Source: Lophium mytilinum
Taxonomy: Eukaryota
Reading direction: 5' to 3'
DNA: 64,000 bases
NCBI GenBank assembly: GCA_010093605.1
Contig: MU004191.1
Span: forward strand, 1,782,816 to 1,846,815
In this document: piece after piece, positions 1-13,650 of the stretch
How positions within the stretch are numbered: position 1 is the stretch's first letter
Layout of the letters: each line of letters starts with the position of its first letter
Translations under genes and position numbers: made by a program
Notes under the pieces: generated by a model
The model's input: the letters and a program-made list of their open reading frames with translations, nothing else
Told to the model about the DNA's origin: nothing
The model's database searches: none

Positions 1-169
1 TAAATACTAAATTACTAAGCTTATAAGCCTAGTAATTATCTATCTATACTATATATATAGCTTAGCTCTATATAAAACTTATAATTAAAAATAATGCGGT
101 TATATTATTTATAAGGAGTTTATTAGAGTATACTAGAGGTAATCTATATCTTATCTATAATAGTAAGCT

Positions 170-1330
170 ATAAGAGGGCGTCTAGGGTAATTTTATAAAC
201 TTATATTATAGGCGCTTACATTAGGGGTAAACTAGAGTTATTAATGCTATAGAAATTTAATATAAGAATATATTAAGAGATAGAAGTTAATATACTATAC
301 TAAGCATTTACTAAAGTTTAACATAAATATTTAGGTACGCCGCATTTACCTAGCGCAAGCAGGAGTAAATACGCGTTTTCTCTTTTAAAATAGATACTAT
401 AGGGCCTGCATTAGGCTTAATATTCTCTACCCCCGAGCAAGAATAATTACCCACTACTAAGAAGTAGGTAGAGGATCTTAATAGGGGCGAACTGCCTAAC
501 CTCTAGAGTACTATATTCTTTAACTAGTTTTAGACGCTACTCTTAGTACTTTTAATAATTCTATACCTAGGTAAACCCGTTAATCTATAGCCTATAATAT
601 TAGGCTTTTAGTTACTAACTAACCCCTAATTTAACTTAATTATACTAAGCTAATACGCTAGAACGTATATACTTAAATTAGGGTGCTAAGAGTAGCGTCT
701 AAATTATATTAAAGAATACGTATTTTATATAAAAACTCCATTATATAATAAGATTTAATAGATTTTATAACTAGTACTATATTACGTAATATAATCTTTA
801 TATAAAATATAGTAGTATAACCTTAGTATAATAAATAGATTATTTTAGAAATAAATTTATAGTATAGAAGATTTATTAAGATTTAATCTAACTAAGCCTC
901 TAAAAAAGCTTTAAAGAGACTCTAAGTAGGTAATTTATAAGCTAATTAGGGGTAAATACCCCCTCCTATTTAAGGATGCCATTTAAAATCCGCCTAAATA
1001 TAGGGGTTCTAGAGTTAAAAGAAGAAGTTTTCTATATATTTAATATAAAAAATCTAGCTACTTTCTAATAGTTATAGTATATAAATAATTCCTTATTTCT
1101 TATAATATTATCTATCGGCCTCTAGAAATTATCTACTAATAAGAATTAGTAGAGTATATTATAAGTAAATCTAGTTATACTTATATAAATCTAGACTAGA
1201 GAATTAGCCCCTTAAATCTATACTAATTCTTAGTAGTATATAGTTCTTGCCCGGTAGATAATATTATAAAAAAATTCTAATTAAGATTTTATTTATTATA
1301 ACGCAAATTTATTATAAAGCGGTTTATTAT
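170..1330 (-). pseudogene. RIP-degraded gene of unknown function, interrupted by the MITE
   Basis: Minus-strand frame from 1322 reads PLYNKFAL**IKS*LEFFYNIIYRART...RTPIFRRILNGILK*EGVFTPN*LINYLLRVSLKLF. Stops fall where CAA/CAG/TGG are plausible. Ends approximate. Confidence 0.5.
511..720. mobile_element. MITE-like element (about 210 bp) with roughly 36-bp terminal inverted repeats, flanked by TA
   Basis: 514-549 tattctttaactagttttagacgctactcttagtac is the reverse complement of 683-718 gtgctaagagtagcgtctaaattatattaaagaata (core 20/21 match). TA at 509-510 and 721-722, which is weak evidence in such TA-rich DNA. Confidence 0.7.
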
Positions 1331-2769
1331 AGTAAGGTTATACTATACTTTTAAGGTTAAGTATAGCTAAATTAGATCTACACGCGGGAAGGTAGGTAGT
1401 AGCGGGTAGCAGAAGAGTAGAAGTATATATTTAACCTTCTATACTTCTCCGCCCGGCCTACTTCTACTCTTCTCTAGTCTTGCAAAGTTAGTTATTTTAA
1501 GAGGTTAAAAGCTCTAATATAAGAATACTATAATATAGAAGTAAGTAATAGAAAATATATAAAGTATAAAATCTACTCTATAGCCTACCTATAAATACTT
1601 TTAAGATTTCTTATAGCTAAGTTCTATACTTTAATCTTTAAGCTAAACTCTAACTACTAAGTAGAGTTAGTTCTAACCTTTAAGCTAACCTTTAGCCTTT
1701 ACTTAGTTTCTAATACTTCTAGCTAATATATTTCCCCTCTTAGTAATTAGAGCTTAGCTTAGGTTTCTAGATACGCTTCTTCTACCTAGCGGCCTTTATG
1801 CAAGTATATCCCTAGTATAAGAAAGGGTTAGAACTATTTATAATTTAAAGTTCTAGTTATTATAAATATACGCTAGGTAGACTATAGAAAGAGGCGGCTT
1901 CTAATATTTTTATTATAATAAGTAAAGTTTTAGTGCTCGCGCGGTCTATAAATTATAAGTATTAGTTACTAGAATATTTATTAATATTATAAGAGGCTTA
2001 CTATATCTAATATCTAGATGTTATTAACCTTCTAGTAGTTTCTTAAGAATATTCTTATCTTAAAGCAACTACTCTTTATCTATTATAACTCTTTCCATTC
2101 TAACTCTATTACTAGTTAGCCTAATAGTTACTTATCTCTAGCTAGGTCTACTAGGTATATATAACTGCGATTACTATTATACTTTATTTTACTATCTACC
2201 TTAAGGCAGCTATTATTACTATTATCTTAATAGAATGTTTCTTTACTTTTACTAGTATAGCTAGCCCTATAGAATTTAATTATTATTCTATATATTAAAT
2301 TACTTTATAATAATTTCTAGTTAAACTTTATAGAGCTTATTCTTTAGTTATTTTCTATATACTTAATAAGCTTATAAAGTTTCTATAGAGTATTAGTAAT
2401 ATACTAGTTATACCTCTATTTTTCTAGTATTAGTAATAGTTTAGCATTCTATATATAATTATCTATCTCTAATAAAGTCTAAATATAGTCTATATCTATT
2501 TCTTTATATAGGGTAAATAGTTTAATTACTCTATAGTAGACTTCTAGGGCAGTAAAAATAACTTATAGGGCTAGTAATTACCTAAAAATAAGATTAGTAA
2601 CTTAATAGGTAATAGAATTACTCTCTATAAATATTATATATAACTTTCTACTACTACTATACCCGCCTGTAACTATATAGGCGTCTTATCTAGTTAGGTA
2701 GAATAGATTTATAATAGGAAAGAGTTAACCCTATATATTTAGATTAGTATCTATTTAGAGAAAGATATA

Positions 2770-4100
2770 ATTAAAATAGTATAAGTATATCTTACTCTTA
2801 TATATAGTATCTATAGGGCTAGATCTTATAGAGATAATCTCTATATTACGCCTCTCTAGATCTACTATAGCTAGACTTATACTTACGCTTTATAACGCCC
2901 TAGATCTAGATATTCTAACCTATACCTATATTTTAAAATTACCTATCTTCTAAAATAACATATTATATATTACTCTATTAATAATATATTAGAGTATTTC
3001 TAGGGCGTTCTCTTTACTCTTTAGTTATTCCTTTTACTTATTATAGATAGTGTAGATAGATTAGAATTTCTATATCTTATTCTAGGCACGCTCCCGTTCT
3101 TATTTTATATCTTTAAGTTCTTCTTTTAAGTTATTAAACTTTATTCTTATAGTAGTAAGCTCTTCTTTTACGCTAGCAAGCTACTATAGAAGCCTCTCGC
3201 GTTCTTATTTAATATTTATTTTTATTTCCTTAAGTTCTACTTTTAAATTGCTTAACTTTACGCTTATACTAGCGAGTTCTACTTTTATAATAGTAAGCTG
3301 CTATAGAAGCCCCTTATATTCTTATTTAATATTTATTTTTATTTCTTTAAGTTCTACTTTTAAATTATTTAACTTTACTCTTATACTAGTAAGTTCTTCT
3401 TCTAGGCTAGTAACTTTCTACTAAAGCTAGTTGCGTTCTTACTTAAGTTCTAATATTATATTATTTAACTACTTCTATATATTACTATATTACTTAAGCT
3501 CTCTAGTTCTATAGCCTAGTAGTAGAAGGCTATTACGCTCTTTCTAGAGCTCTACTATTAGTAGTTCTACGTTAACTATCGCGTTTAGAAGGGGGCAGTA
3601 TTTACTAATATTAAGCTTGCCACCGCTATAAGGGGGGAGAATAGTAGAAAGGGAGGTAGAAGGCTAGGAGGTTAAGGTATAGAGGGGATATATTAGAATA
3701 TAAGAGATATTAGGGTATTATATTACTACTTATAGAATTATCTCTATTAGTAGATTATTTCTAAGCTTTATAGTAAGCTATCTTATTTTCTAGTGCACTC
3801 TATTAGGCTCTTCTTTAAGTTTAAGTTTATCTACTAGTATTATAGTATGCTAGCAAAGGTTATTAATAATAACCTAGCCTACTTTAAGAAAGGTAATAAG
3901 CTACTCTCTATAACCCTCTCTAAACTAATTATATACTTTAAGAAGATTATTAATATACTATTTTAATTTTATATCTCTATTCTCTTCTATATATTATATA
4001 TACTTCTAGGTATTAGGCTACTCTAAAAAGAAATTAAGCTTCTTTTATAGAGATTAGAGCTCTAATATAGCGTTATTATAATTATCTTATAGAGTTATAA
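2770..4100 (-). pseudogene. RIP-degraded coiled-coil protein gene with a 39-aa tandem repeat
   Basis: Frame reads ...ELK*ERN*L**KVTSLEEELTSIRVKLNNLKVELKEIKINIK*EYKGLL*QLTIIKVELASISVKLSNLKVELKEIKINIK*ERERLL**LASVKEELTT..., a heptad-like L/E/K pattern with a 117-bp DNA period. Ends approximate. Confidence 0.7.
3184..3417. repeat. 117-bp tandem repeat (2 copies plus a partial third to the left)
   Basis: ctatagaagcc...ttcttatttaatatttatttttatttc..taagttctacttttaaatt starts at both 3184 and 3301. Confidence 0.9.
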
Positions 4101-6089
4101 GGTCGACTAGTAGAAGATATAAGGGGCAGTAGTTAAGTATATAGCATACTTCTAATCTTATAGAAGCGCTAATTACTACTTAGTAAACTAAGAATAGAGA
4201 ATTAGATATATAGTACTTGCCTAGATATCTACTAGAGAAAGACTAAGTTAGCACGGCTTTTTTATTTTACTAAAGTTTTAAGTCTATCTATATATAATAA
4301 CCTAAGTAGTATATAAAGTAGAATTAAATATTATCTATCTTAATAATTAGTATAGTGTAGTAACTCTAAGTATAAAGTTTAGCCCCGCAGTTACTAAGAA
4401 GACTCTAGCTTTCTATATTTTCTAGTACTTAAGGCTTTCTACGCTATAGTATCTAAGAATCTATAGAAGTTAATAGATCTTAATAAGTATACTAGAGAGT
4501 AGAAGTAAAGTAAAAAGCTATAATATAATAGTTTTATACTTAAAAGATAAAGGTATAGTTATATATAGAGAGCGTGCGCTAGTTAGTTACTAGTCTAATA
4601 ATTAGACACGCGCGGATTATTTATAAATATCTTTAGCAAAGGGAGAAAATACTTATAGTTCTAGCTAGTTAATAATATACAAGTAATAGCTAAATACTTG
4701 CAGCTTATGCGGGGTATATAGTATAGAGCTAATAAAGCTAAATAAAAAGAGTAGATTAGATAGAGTAGAAGTAAGCTTACTTTAGCTTTATAAATGCGGT
4801 AGAGGGTTTTTAATACTAGTAGAAATACGTAGTATAGAAAAGATAGAGTCTAAGATATATTTTAGTAGTAAAACGTGTGGCGTTATATATATAAATAGTA
4901 ATAACTAAGATAAACTAAGTAGTAGATATATTCTAGATATAAGATAACTAAAACTATATATAGCTAAATAAGCCCTATTTAAAACTAAGTAATTCTAAGA
5001 GGTATTAATATACTTTAGTTGCGGGAAGCCGCTTTATATTATAGCGTTTTATAAAAAGGTTCTTGTAAGTTAAAGTAAAACTAATTTAAGGTTTCTAGCT
5101 CTAAGCACCTTATTTAAAAGATCTAAGGCTAAGTAATAAGCCTATCTCTTAGGCACCGCTAATTAGATATATCTTCCGATATTTTAATTAGATTAGTAAT
5201 TAAATCGCTATCCTATTATAGAACTAGAATAAGTAAGTTAAAGGTAAGTTTTTAATAGAGCTAACTCTTTTATTCTAGATTTATCTACCTATATCTCCGC
5301 TATAGAGCTAACCCTTTAGATTATCCTGCAACCCGCTTCTAAAGAACTTATAAGGTAGCTTATAAGGTAAATTTATTTAGCTAGATATATATCTAGCTAT
5401 TTATATAACTAGTATATAACTTTATTTACGGGCTAATATATTACTTTAAGAATTATATGCAACTAAAGAAAATTAAAGTAATATATAATAAAATAGGCAG
5501 GCTATATAGTATTAAGACTTTAAAATTTATATAATTTTATAGGGTAAATACTAAGCTTTATATAAATTCTAAAGTCTTATAACTATATATAAGATCTAGA
5601 TTAATATAGCTATATAATGCTTTAAGTGCCGGAATCGCGCTAGCTTAAAAGTATATATTTTGCTAAGTCTTTAAAATAATATTTAATAGAATCTACTATA
5701 GCCTCTCTAATAGAATAAAAAAGTAAGTATCTTTATAAGTATTATATAAATTAGAAGATGCCTCTTTCTAAGAAGCTACGTAATTTAATACGCTCTCTAG
5801 CATGCTAATAATATATTTCCAACTAGATATCTCTTTCTAGAAACTCTTACTACTTAATTCTAATTTTCTTACTATTTAATTTTTAGGTTCTAGTATATTT
5901 TTAATTTTATAGTATACCTTAAGAGTTTTATAGAGACTTCTAGACTAGCCTCTACCTAAGGCGAGAAATAAGTTCTATTCTAAATTAAGTTATTTAAGCT
6001 ATATAGCCTCTAAATCTTTCTCCTATTATAGTAGAGCCTTCTACTCTTTTATTAATTTTCTAAGGATTAAGATTAATTATTTAGTACTA

Positions 6090-6740
6090 TTCGCCGCTAT
6101 ATTATAATATGCTAGCACACCTCTATATTAGTAGAGTGCGCCGTTAAGAATACTAATAAGGTCTAGTAGTGCTATATATTTTAGAATAGGTCTCTCTAAT
6201 TTAAATAGTTTATTTTCTAGAAAAGTAAAGAAGCTTTATACCTATTAAAGACTATTATTAGTAGATAGGGTTAATATTTAAAGTAACTTATAAATTTCCC
6301 TAATTAGTAAGGCTTCTATACTAAAAAAAGTAAGGTTTATAATTATATTATTCTATAGGTATATAGCTTTTATAATATTAGACCGTAGTAAGAATAGATA
6401 TAATAAAACTAGAGGTAGGTCTTATAGAGGACCTATAAAGATATTTAGAAGTACTAGAAGTACTAGTTCTAGTAGTACTAATATAGGGTAGTAAGAATAG
6501 TTCTATCTCTATTAGGTGCTAGCTAAGAAGTTACTAGCCCTACCTAATATATTATAGGCTGTATCTAGTATATTACTTCTAAGAACCGCTATAGAAATAT
6601 TAGATATATCTTTTAATTTACGTAGTATAGTTAGAAATAATAATACATTAGTATTCTATTTAGGGGAAAAGGTTGCCTGTTTAAACTTAAGTTCTATTAG
6701 TCCGCAAGCACTAGACTAAATACGCTTTAGAGTTATATTA
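6090..6740 (-). pseudogene. RIP-degraded gene fragment of unknown function
   Basis: Long frame with few stops: ITLKRI*SSACGLIELKFKQATFSPK*...LERPILKYIALLDLISILNGALY*YRGVLAYYNIAAN. Includes a CTA/GTA run that is probably a RIP-mutated CCA (Pro) tract. Confidence 0.45.
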
Positions 6741-9700
6741 CTAATTTATTGCGGGTAAAGAACTAGCTAGTAGAATAGCATAGTAGGCTAAGAAGAGATA
6801 TAGAAATAGGCCTTATAAGACTACTTAAGATAAAATTATATTCTATAAAAATAAAGTCTAGAGAATAATATAATTTATACTATAAAGGGAAATAGGGTCT
6901 AATATAGCTCCTCTAGAAATTATTCTTTAAGTAGCCTAGGTTAGTAAGCTAAAATAATATGCGCTTATTATAATATCTCTAATAAGGGTAAAGCTATTTA
7001 ATAATAGCGCTTATATTATAGAAGGTATACTATCTAGATTTATAAATAATTTTTAGCTAGAATAGCATATAAGATCTTAGCCGGCCTAAACCTAGGTACT
7101 AGGGGCGCTATTAAGATAGCTTTAGGGCTTAAGAGCTAGTATAGATTAAGTTAATAAGAGGTTTATAAGGGCTAGCTATAAGAAGAAACTATTATTATTT
7201 AGGGGCCGTGCGGATCTTAAAGCACTAGAATAATATTTTATTAGAAATAGCGGTCTATAATTACGGTTAATTATTTCTAGAGACTATCTTTTACTAGCTA
7301 AGCTTACTAAATATATAAATATAATAATTTAATTTTAGTATATATAAGACTATAGCTAGTTAAAGAGAATCCGGCGTCTAGCTAGTCTTACTCTATTTTA
7401 TTACAGCTCTACTATTTTTAATACTATCTTTTATGCGTTGCTTTTTATTTCCTAATATATCTAGTTTTCCTTAACTATCTTTACCTTTATTCTTATTATT
7501 TATACTACCCCTAGAGTTCTTACAGTTATACTTTAGCCTACTAGGCTAACTAGTATAGGTAGAATATATACTATACTGTACTCCCGGTATATAACTACTA
7601 GAAAGAGAAAGTAATTAGAGGTAGTTTTAAAAGATATAGCTAAGACTAACTATACTTACTAGGTATTTAGGCACGTAGATTATAAATTTAATATATTACT
7701 CGCTACTAAAATAGATATAAGCTATAGTTAGAAGCGTCTTAGTTTAGAAAAGAGTTAATAGGTTATTAGAGTTATTATCGCCTGTCTAGCTATAGATAAA
7801 AGTGCTATACCTAGATATATTAGTTAAGTATAGCTATCTTATAACTATATTAAAGTATAGAATATAATAATAGTCTTTAGCTTCTATATCCTCTAGCAGG
7901 TAGAAGTTATTTAACTAAAATATACTAAATATAAGGCTAAAACGGCTAAATATAAGATAGAAATCTAGTATAATAGAACTGTAATACTTCTAGAACCCCG
8001 GTATAGTACTAAGAATTACCGGGCAGTAAGAATTAGTATTTTAGAATAGCCTTATATTTCTCTTAAGCTATATTACGGCCGCGGTAGCGGGGGAGAGTGC
8101 TATAATCTACCTAAAAATAAGTAACTAAGATAATAAAGGTTCTATAAGGACAGTTTAAGTACGCCGTAAATATATATAAAGAATATAATATATATTAGTA
8201 TATATAGATAGTATAGGGTTATTATTTATATATATTTTATAAAGCTTCTTATAAATATATATTATATCTTAGATACTATATATATAAAATCTCTCCCCTT
8301 TTATTAAAGTAACTAAAGACTCGCGTCTATAAGGTATATTAGAGATGTAACATCTTAAATATTAATATATTTAAGTTATAGCCCGCTATAAAAGAGTTAA
8401 GGCCTTTTCTTTAAGTTAGTAGTTAATAAAAGAAGTAAATAACGCGGTGCTTTATCTATTTTATAGTGGAAGCTTCTCCCCCTATTATAGAAAGACTTAA
8501 TAGTTTATTTAATTCTAAATAGTAGAAAGCCTAGTTAGAAATTATTAGGATCTATAAGTACTTACATAGTAAGTTTAATATTTCTTAGATTACTAGTTAT
8601 CTGCGCGTAGAGTATAACTTTCTCTAATCTATAACTATAACTATACTATATTATATATACTAAACTTCTTATTATTATCCTTATAATCTTACTTAGTAGA
8701 GCTTTCCCTAATGTAATAGATAAGTTTAATAAGGCTTAGCACCCTATTATAATCTATAGATTTCTTAATACTATATTAACTAATATAAAATATATTATCT
8801 ATACCTTTAATACAGCTCTCGCTAATACCTCTAGCACTTCTATCTTGCTAGTAGTTACCCTAATAGATTAGTAAGGCCGTCTACCGGCTTTACTTTAGTA
8901 ATTAGGTTAAATAATCGGCCTTAGGATAAATACTTAGAAAAGGGTGTCTCTACTTATCTATTCTATATTAGATAGACTATATTAGGCTATAGTTATTACT
9001 CTTATACTAATTAGCTAGTTCCTAGGCCTATTACTAGCTATAAGTATTAGATATATTATTTTAGTCCTAGTTCTATACCTCGTGCTTAAATTTATTATTT
9101 AGCTTATCTACTTTCTATTTTGCCTTATTAGTAGCATCTACTAAGCCCTCGGCTAAGAGACGCCTTATTAGACTTTAACTTCGCATTAATAGGTATTATT
9201 ACCTAGATAATATTTAGTTTCCCGCTATATCTAGCTTATAAGAGAATATATAAGTCTAGAGTTATATAGCTAGTAGTATAAGAATAAAGTAAAAGATTAG
9301 GTAGAGAATAGGTAGTTTCTAAGTAGGCTTAAGCCTAACACCTAATCTAGAGTATATAGTATTTCTAGAGAGTAGAGATAGAAGCTAGTAAGTATATAGG
9401 GCATGTAGTTATATAAAATAATATATATTTTTACTCTAGAATTTCTCTACTAAGTATTCCTTTACCTTCTACTCTAATATAACGCCCTCTACTAAGATTT
9501 CTAGTATACTATATTATACTAATACTAAGATAGTTATTCTATAACTCTTTAAGATATATATAATACTAACCCTATAAAATTTTATTACCTATTAGAGGTA
9601 GCATTACTAATAGCTTTATAGCAGTAGTTATAAAAGACCTATTAATTCTTATTAGAACTTTTATAAATATAGTTATCGCCTAGCTTTTAGGCCTAAGAGT

Positions 9701-11267
9701 GTAATCCCTTAATACTGTATGCATAGCTAGATATACATCTTAATTATATTATATAAATAACTATCTAAGTCTCTACTACTTTACTTATAACTTTCTTTAT
9801 TTTAATATTATTATATATTCTAGGAAAAGTATATTATTACTATTACTATTAGACGCGTATTTAGGGATATAGCGTATTAAGAAGGTTGCAAGAATATAGT
9901 AGAATTAGGCGCAGGATAGAATATAGCAACGCGTGCAGGTATAAGTAGTGCGGGTAAGATAGAGCTCTTACGTAAGGTTTACTATAATACTAGAGAATAT
10001 TAGTAAGCCTTACTTATTATTATTAGAAGAGTATTAAACGGGTTAATATTTAATTAGATAACCCTTAGTAAGAAACGCTAAGAAAGTAATACTAAGAATT
10101 CTTAGCTATTTTATACACGATAAATAGATAAACTTTAATCCGCCTTCCCTTCTTATAGAAGATCGCCCTCTTATTCTTTAGCCCCTCCCTCTATTACCCC
10201 GTTATTTAATCTACTATTAATAGCTAACTATTCCTTTTAGAGTAAAAGGTTTAAGCAATTTTATAATCTAGCACCCTAGTAATAATAAACTTAGAGCTAG
10301 AAGCTACTAAAAGCCTTAGTAGCCTTAAAAGAATTATTAATAGAACTTATTATCTATGCGTTCTACTATAGCCCTAAAGCGTCTAATAAGTTAGATACTT
10401 ACTACCCCTACTTACTTCTAGTATTATAGCTAACTTATAAATAGATCTCTTATTAAGATTTAAGATATCTACCCCTTACTATCTTATTCTCTTATGTATA
10501 ATTACCTAATAACGTTATAAGACGTCCCTAGCTAACTTAACTATAACTTCCTTAGAAATTAAGGGCTAGTAGAAAAATATAATATCTTCTTAATACTAAT
10601 ATATTTACCTTATATTATTAAATTAGCCGAGTATATAACTATAGATACGGCCGTCTTATATAATAAAGGGTTTCCTCTAGATATAAGCTTTATAGAATAT
10701 TTTTAGCATATAGAGTAGAAATATTACGCTATAACTAACAGCCTAAAGCTATTACTATTTAATATTAAGAGTTCTGCAGCTCTTCTAGCTAGAGAATAGA
10801 GATTTCTAAGTAGATAGTAGTAATATTATTATATTACCTTCTATATTATAATCTATACTATAGACCCTTTATTTATTAAGCTTATACTAAATCTTATTTA
10901 GAGAAAAGAGTAAGATAATAGAGACTTAGGTATTAGCGTTACCTATTACTCTAAACTTCCGCAATTAACCTATTATATTAACCCGAGCCGCTCTCTATAT
11001 AGATTGCCTACTTCTTTACTTACTAAGGTAATATATTAAGTATAGTATTATGCTTAGAGTTAAGGTTTATATATTAACCCCTAGACTTATATAAAATTTT
11101 ATTACTAGAAGCCCTAAATAACGCGCTCTACTATACTTATAGTACTAGCTAAATATATCTAATACTTTTTAGCCTATAAGGCTACTATAGATCTATATTA
11201 GCGCTTATATTAATTATAACTTAAACTAGACTTTATTAGGCTACAGCCTTAACTTACTAATTTTAAG

Positions 11268-11327
11268 CTAATTATTAAGTTAAATACGCACCTAATTATT
11301 AAGTTAAATATATACCTAAGTATTAAG
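11268..11327. repeat. 24-bp tandem repeat, about 2.5 copies
   Basis: ctaattattaagttaaatacgcac / ctaattattaagttaaatatatac / ctaagtattaag. Confidence 0.85.
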
Positions 11328-11609
11328 AGATAGGTATTTATTTAGTATAAGCTTAATATCTATAAGAGATATATTTAGAATCCGCTAGACTAAGTTATAA
11401 TTAGGTAAAATAGTGCAACTTCTATAATAGAGAAAGAAGATAGACTATATAAGATTAAGTACTACTTTATAGTATATAACTAGTTTATTTAACTATAGCT
11501 AATATCTATATAATATACTTATAGCTAATATTACTATATACTATAAAGCTTTAATTTCCTCTTTTATTAATTTATATTATCTACCGCGGGTGGTGCTAAC
11601 GCAATCTAG

Positions 11610-13650
11610 TTTTTCTTTATTTCTAAGTAAGATATTCCGGACGTCTTCTATATAACTCTAGATATTAAGGCCAGCTTTAAGTATAAAGAGTTAAAGAAAT
11701 ATTAGATTTATATAGATAGGCAGGGGCAATAGATTAATTACGTAATTAAGATAATCTAAGATAACTCTTACCCTTATTGCGCGGGCACTTAACTAATTTA
11801 CTGCATTATTAATAGCACGCTATCTACTCTATAGAATACTACTATAGAAACTAAGTCTTACTACTTACCTAGTTTAAAGGCTAGAGATAACTTAATATCT
11901 ATATAAAGGAAGTAAATTATATATCTTAGTTACTAAGGCTTCTATAGAAACTTAATATAGTATTATATAAGCAGGTAAGAAAAAGAGTAAGGGTAATATT
12001 AAAAGTAACTAATATTATTAGACGCTCCGGCCTAATAGTTATACTAGCTAATAACTATCTAGTAGGTAACTTTAGGTTCTATAGATATATATAGACGCGG
12101 AAGAAATAAGTAGACTTTTAGAGAACTAGAATACTACTAAAAACCCTTACTAATCTATCTATAACTATATCTATAGTTTATATATACTACTATATATAAT
12201 ATAGTATAGGTATATTTCTAGGCCTAATACTTACTTACGCGGAATTTTATTAGCTAAACTCTTCTTCCCTCTTATAGCTTATTATTTAGGATGCTATAGG
12301 CCTTAATAATAAAGAAGACCCGCTTTTAGTAGTTATTCCCTCTAAAGATATTTAGCCTACTACTAACTAAAAAGCATTATATAGAGAGGTAGATAGTAGG
12401 CCTAGAAAAGACTAGCCTATAAGAATACTAAAGCTTAACTTTTTACTTAAATTAGGCCTTTTAGTATTCTAGTATACTATAGGTAACAGTAGTCCTCTTA
12501 CCTATAGTATAAAAAAGTAGATAATAGAAGTTTAGAGCTTACTAGATAGCTTTATAAGTATATTCCGCATTAAGTACCTACTTAGCTATATTTATAATGC
12601 TTTACTCTATTAGTTAGCTTTATCTATAGTATATTAAAAACTACTAGATAAGTATAAAATAAGTGTAGAAAACCTTTTAGAGGATAATAAAAATATTAAA
12701 GAGGAAGAGAGCATTATTCTAGGTAATACTAGCGGTATAGAATTAACTAAAGACTAGAGTCCCTTTATAGAACTTTATAGAAGTAGCCTAATTATCTTTA
12801 GAGCTCTCTTAATATTCTAGGGGTTCTATAGTATTTTAGTACTATATATACTTTAATACTATAGTCTTTCTTTTCTATTAGTAAATTATTAACTATAGTA
12901 TTACTTATATATATAATTACTTTTCTAGTCTACTTTCTTATTATAGTTGCCGCTATAAATACCGGGTCTAATCTCTTCCTAATAATTTATTATAACCTCT
13001 AGCGTATACTACAGCCTTTCTTCTCTTAGCTTCTATAAGCTACTATTAGAGGGCTTATTATATATAGCCTCCCCGTTATCTAAAAGGCTATTAAGCTATA
13101 GTTCTAGCTACTTAAACTTATATATAATCTTATAGACTATATAAGTAATAGAAATATCTTCTTAAAGGGTAATAAAGGCCCTACTAATATAAAAATTCTA
13201 TATTCTTAAGATAGTACCTCTATTAACCTATACCTTAAGAATATTATATATTTATCTAGCGTTAGAGGCTTTACGCTTAATTATTTAACACTAGAAGAGG
13301 TAACTAGTCGGGAAAGGTAGTACTGCGCGGGCACAACTATCTATAGTATCTAATGCTAACATTAGAGATATAAAAATAGAAGTAAGGAATTCTATATATA
13401 TTGCCCGTTATATTAGGTCTAAAGCTTTTTTATCTAGAATATTATTATTTACTATAGAGTATTTAAGATATCTATATATTAATTAGGGCTATAGAGTATC
13501 TTAAAATAGTAAGGGCGCACTATTTCTTAGACTGTACGCATAATTACTATTAAATATTATATAGATTACTTCTAATTAAGGTCTTAAAATATAATATGCG
13601 CTATAAGTAAGCGCTTAATTTAAATATCTCTAGAACGGTATTTAAATAAC
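11610..13650 (+). pseudogene. RIP-degraded intron-containing gene(s) of unknown function
   Basis: Acceptor gctaacgcaatctag at about 11595-11609 is followed by FFFISK*DIPDVFYITLDIKASFKYKELKKY. An intact-looking 49-nt intron at 13317-13365 (gtagta...gctaacattag) joins EEVTSRE-R-DIKIEVRNSIYIARYI in frame. May be more than one gene. Confidence 0.5.

Noticed and set aside
10620..10690. Possible paralogy between fossils sharing an LY(N/D)(K/E)G motif (10,655 plus strand and about 17,490 minus strand)
   Set aside because: The match is too short to distinguish from chance.
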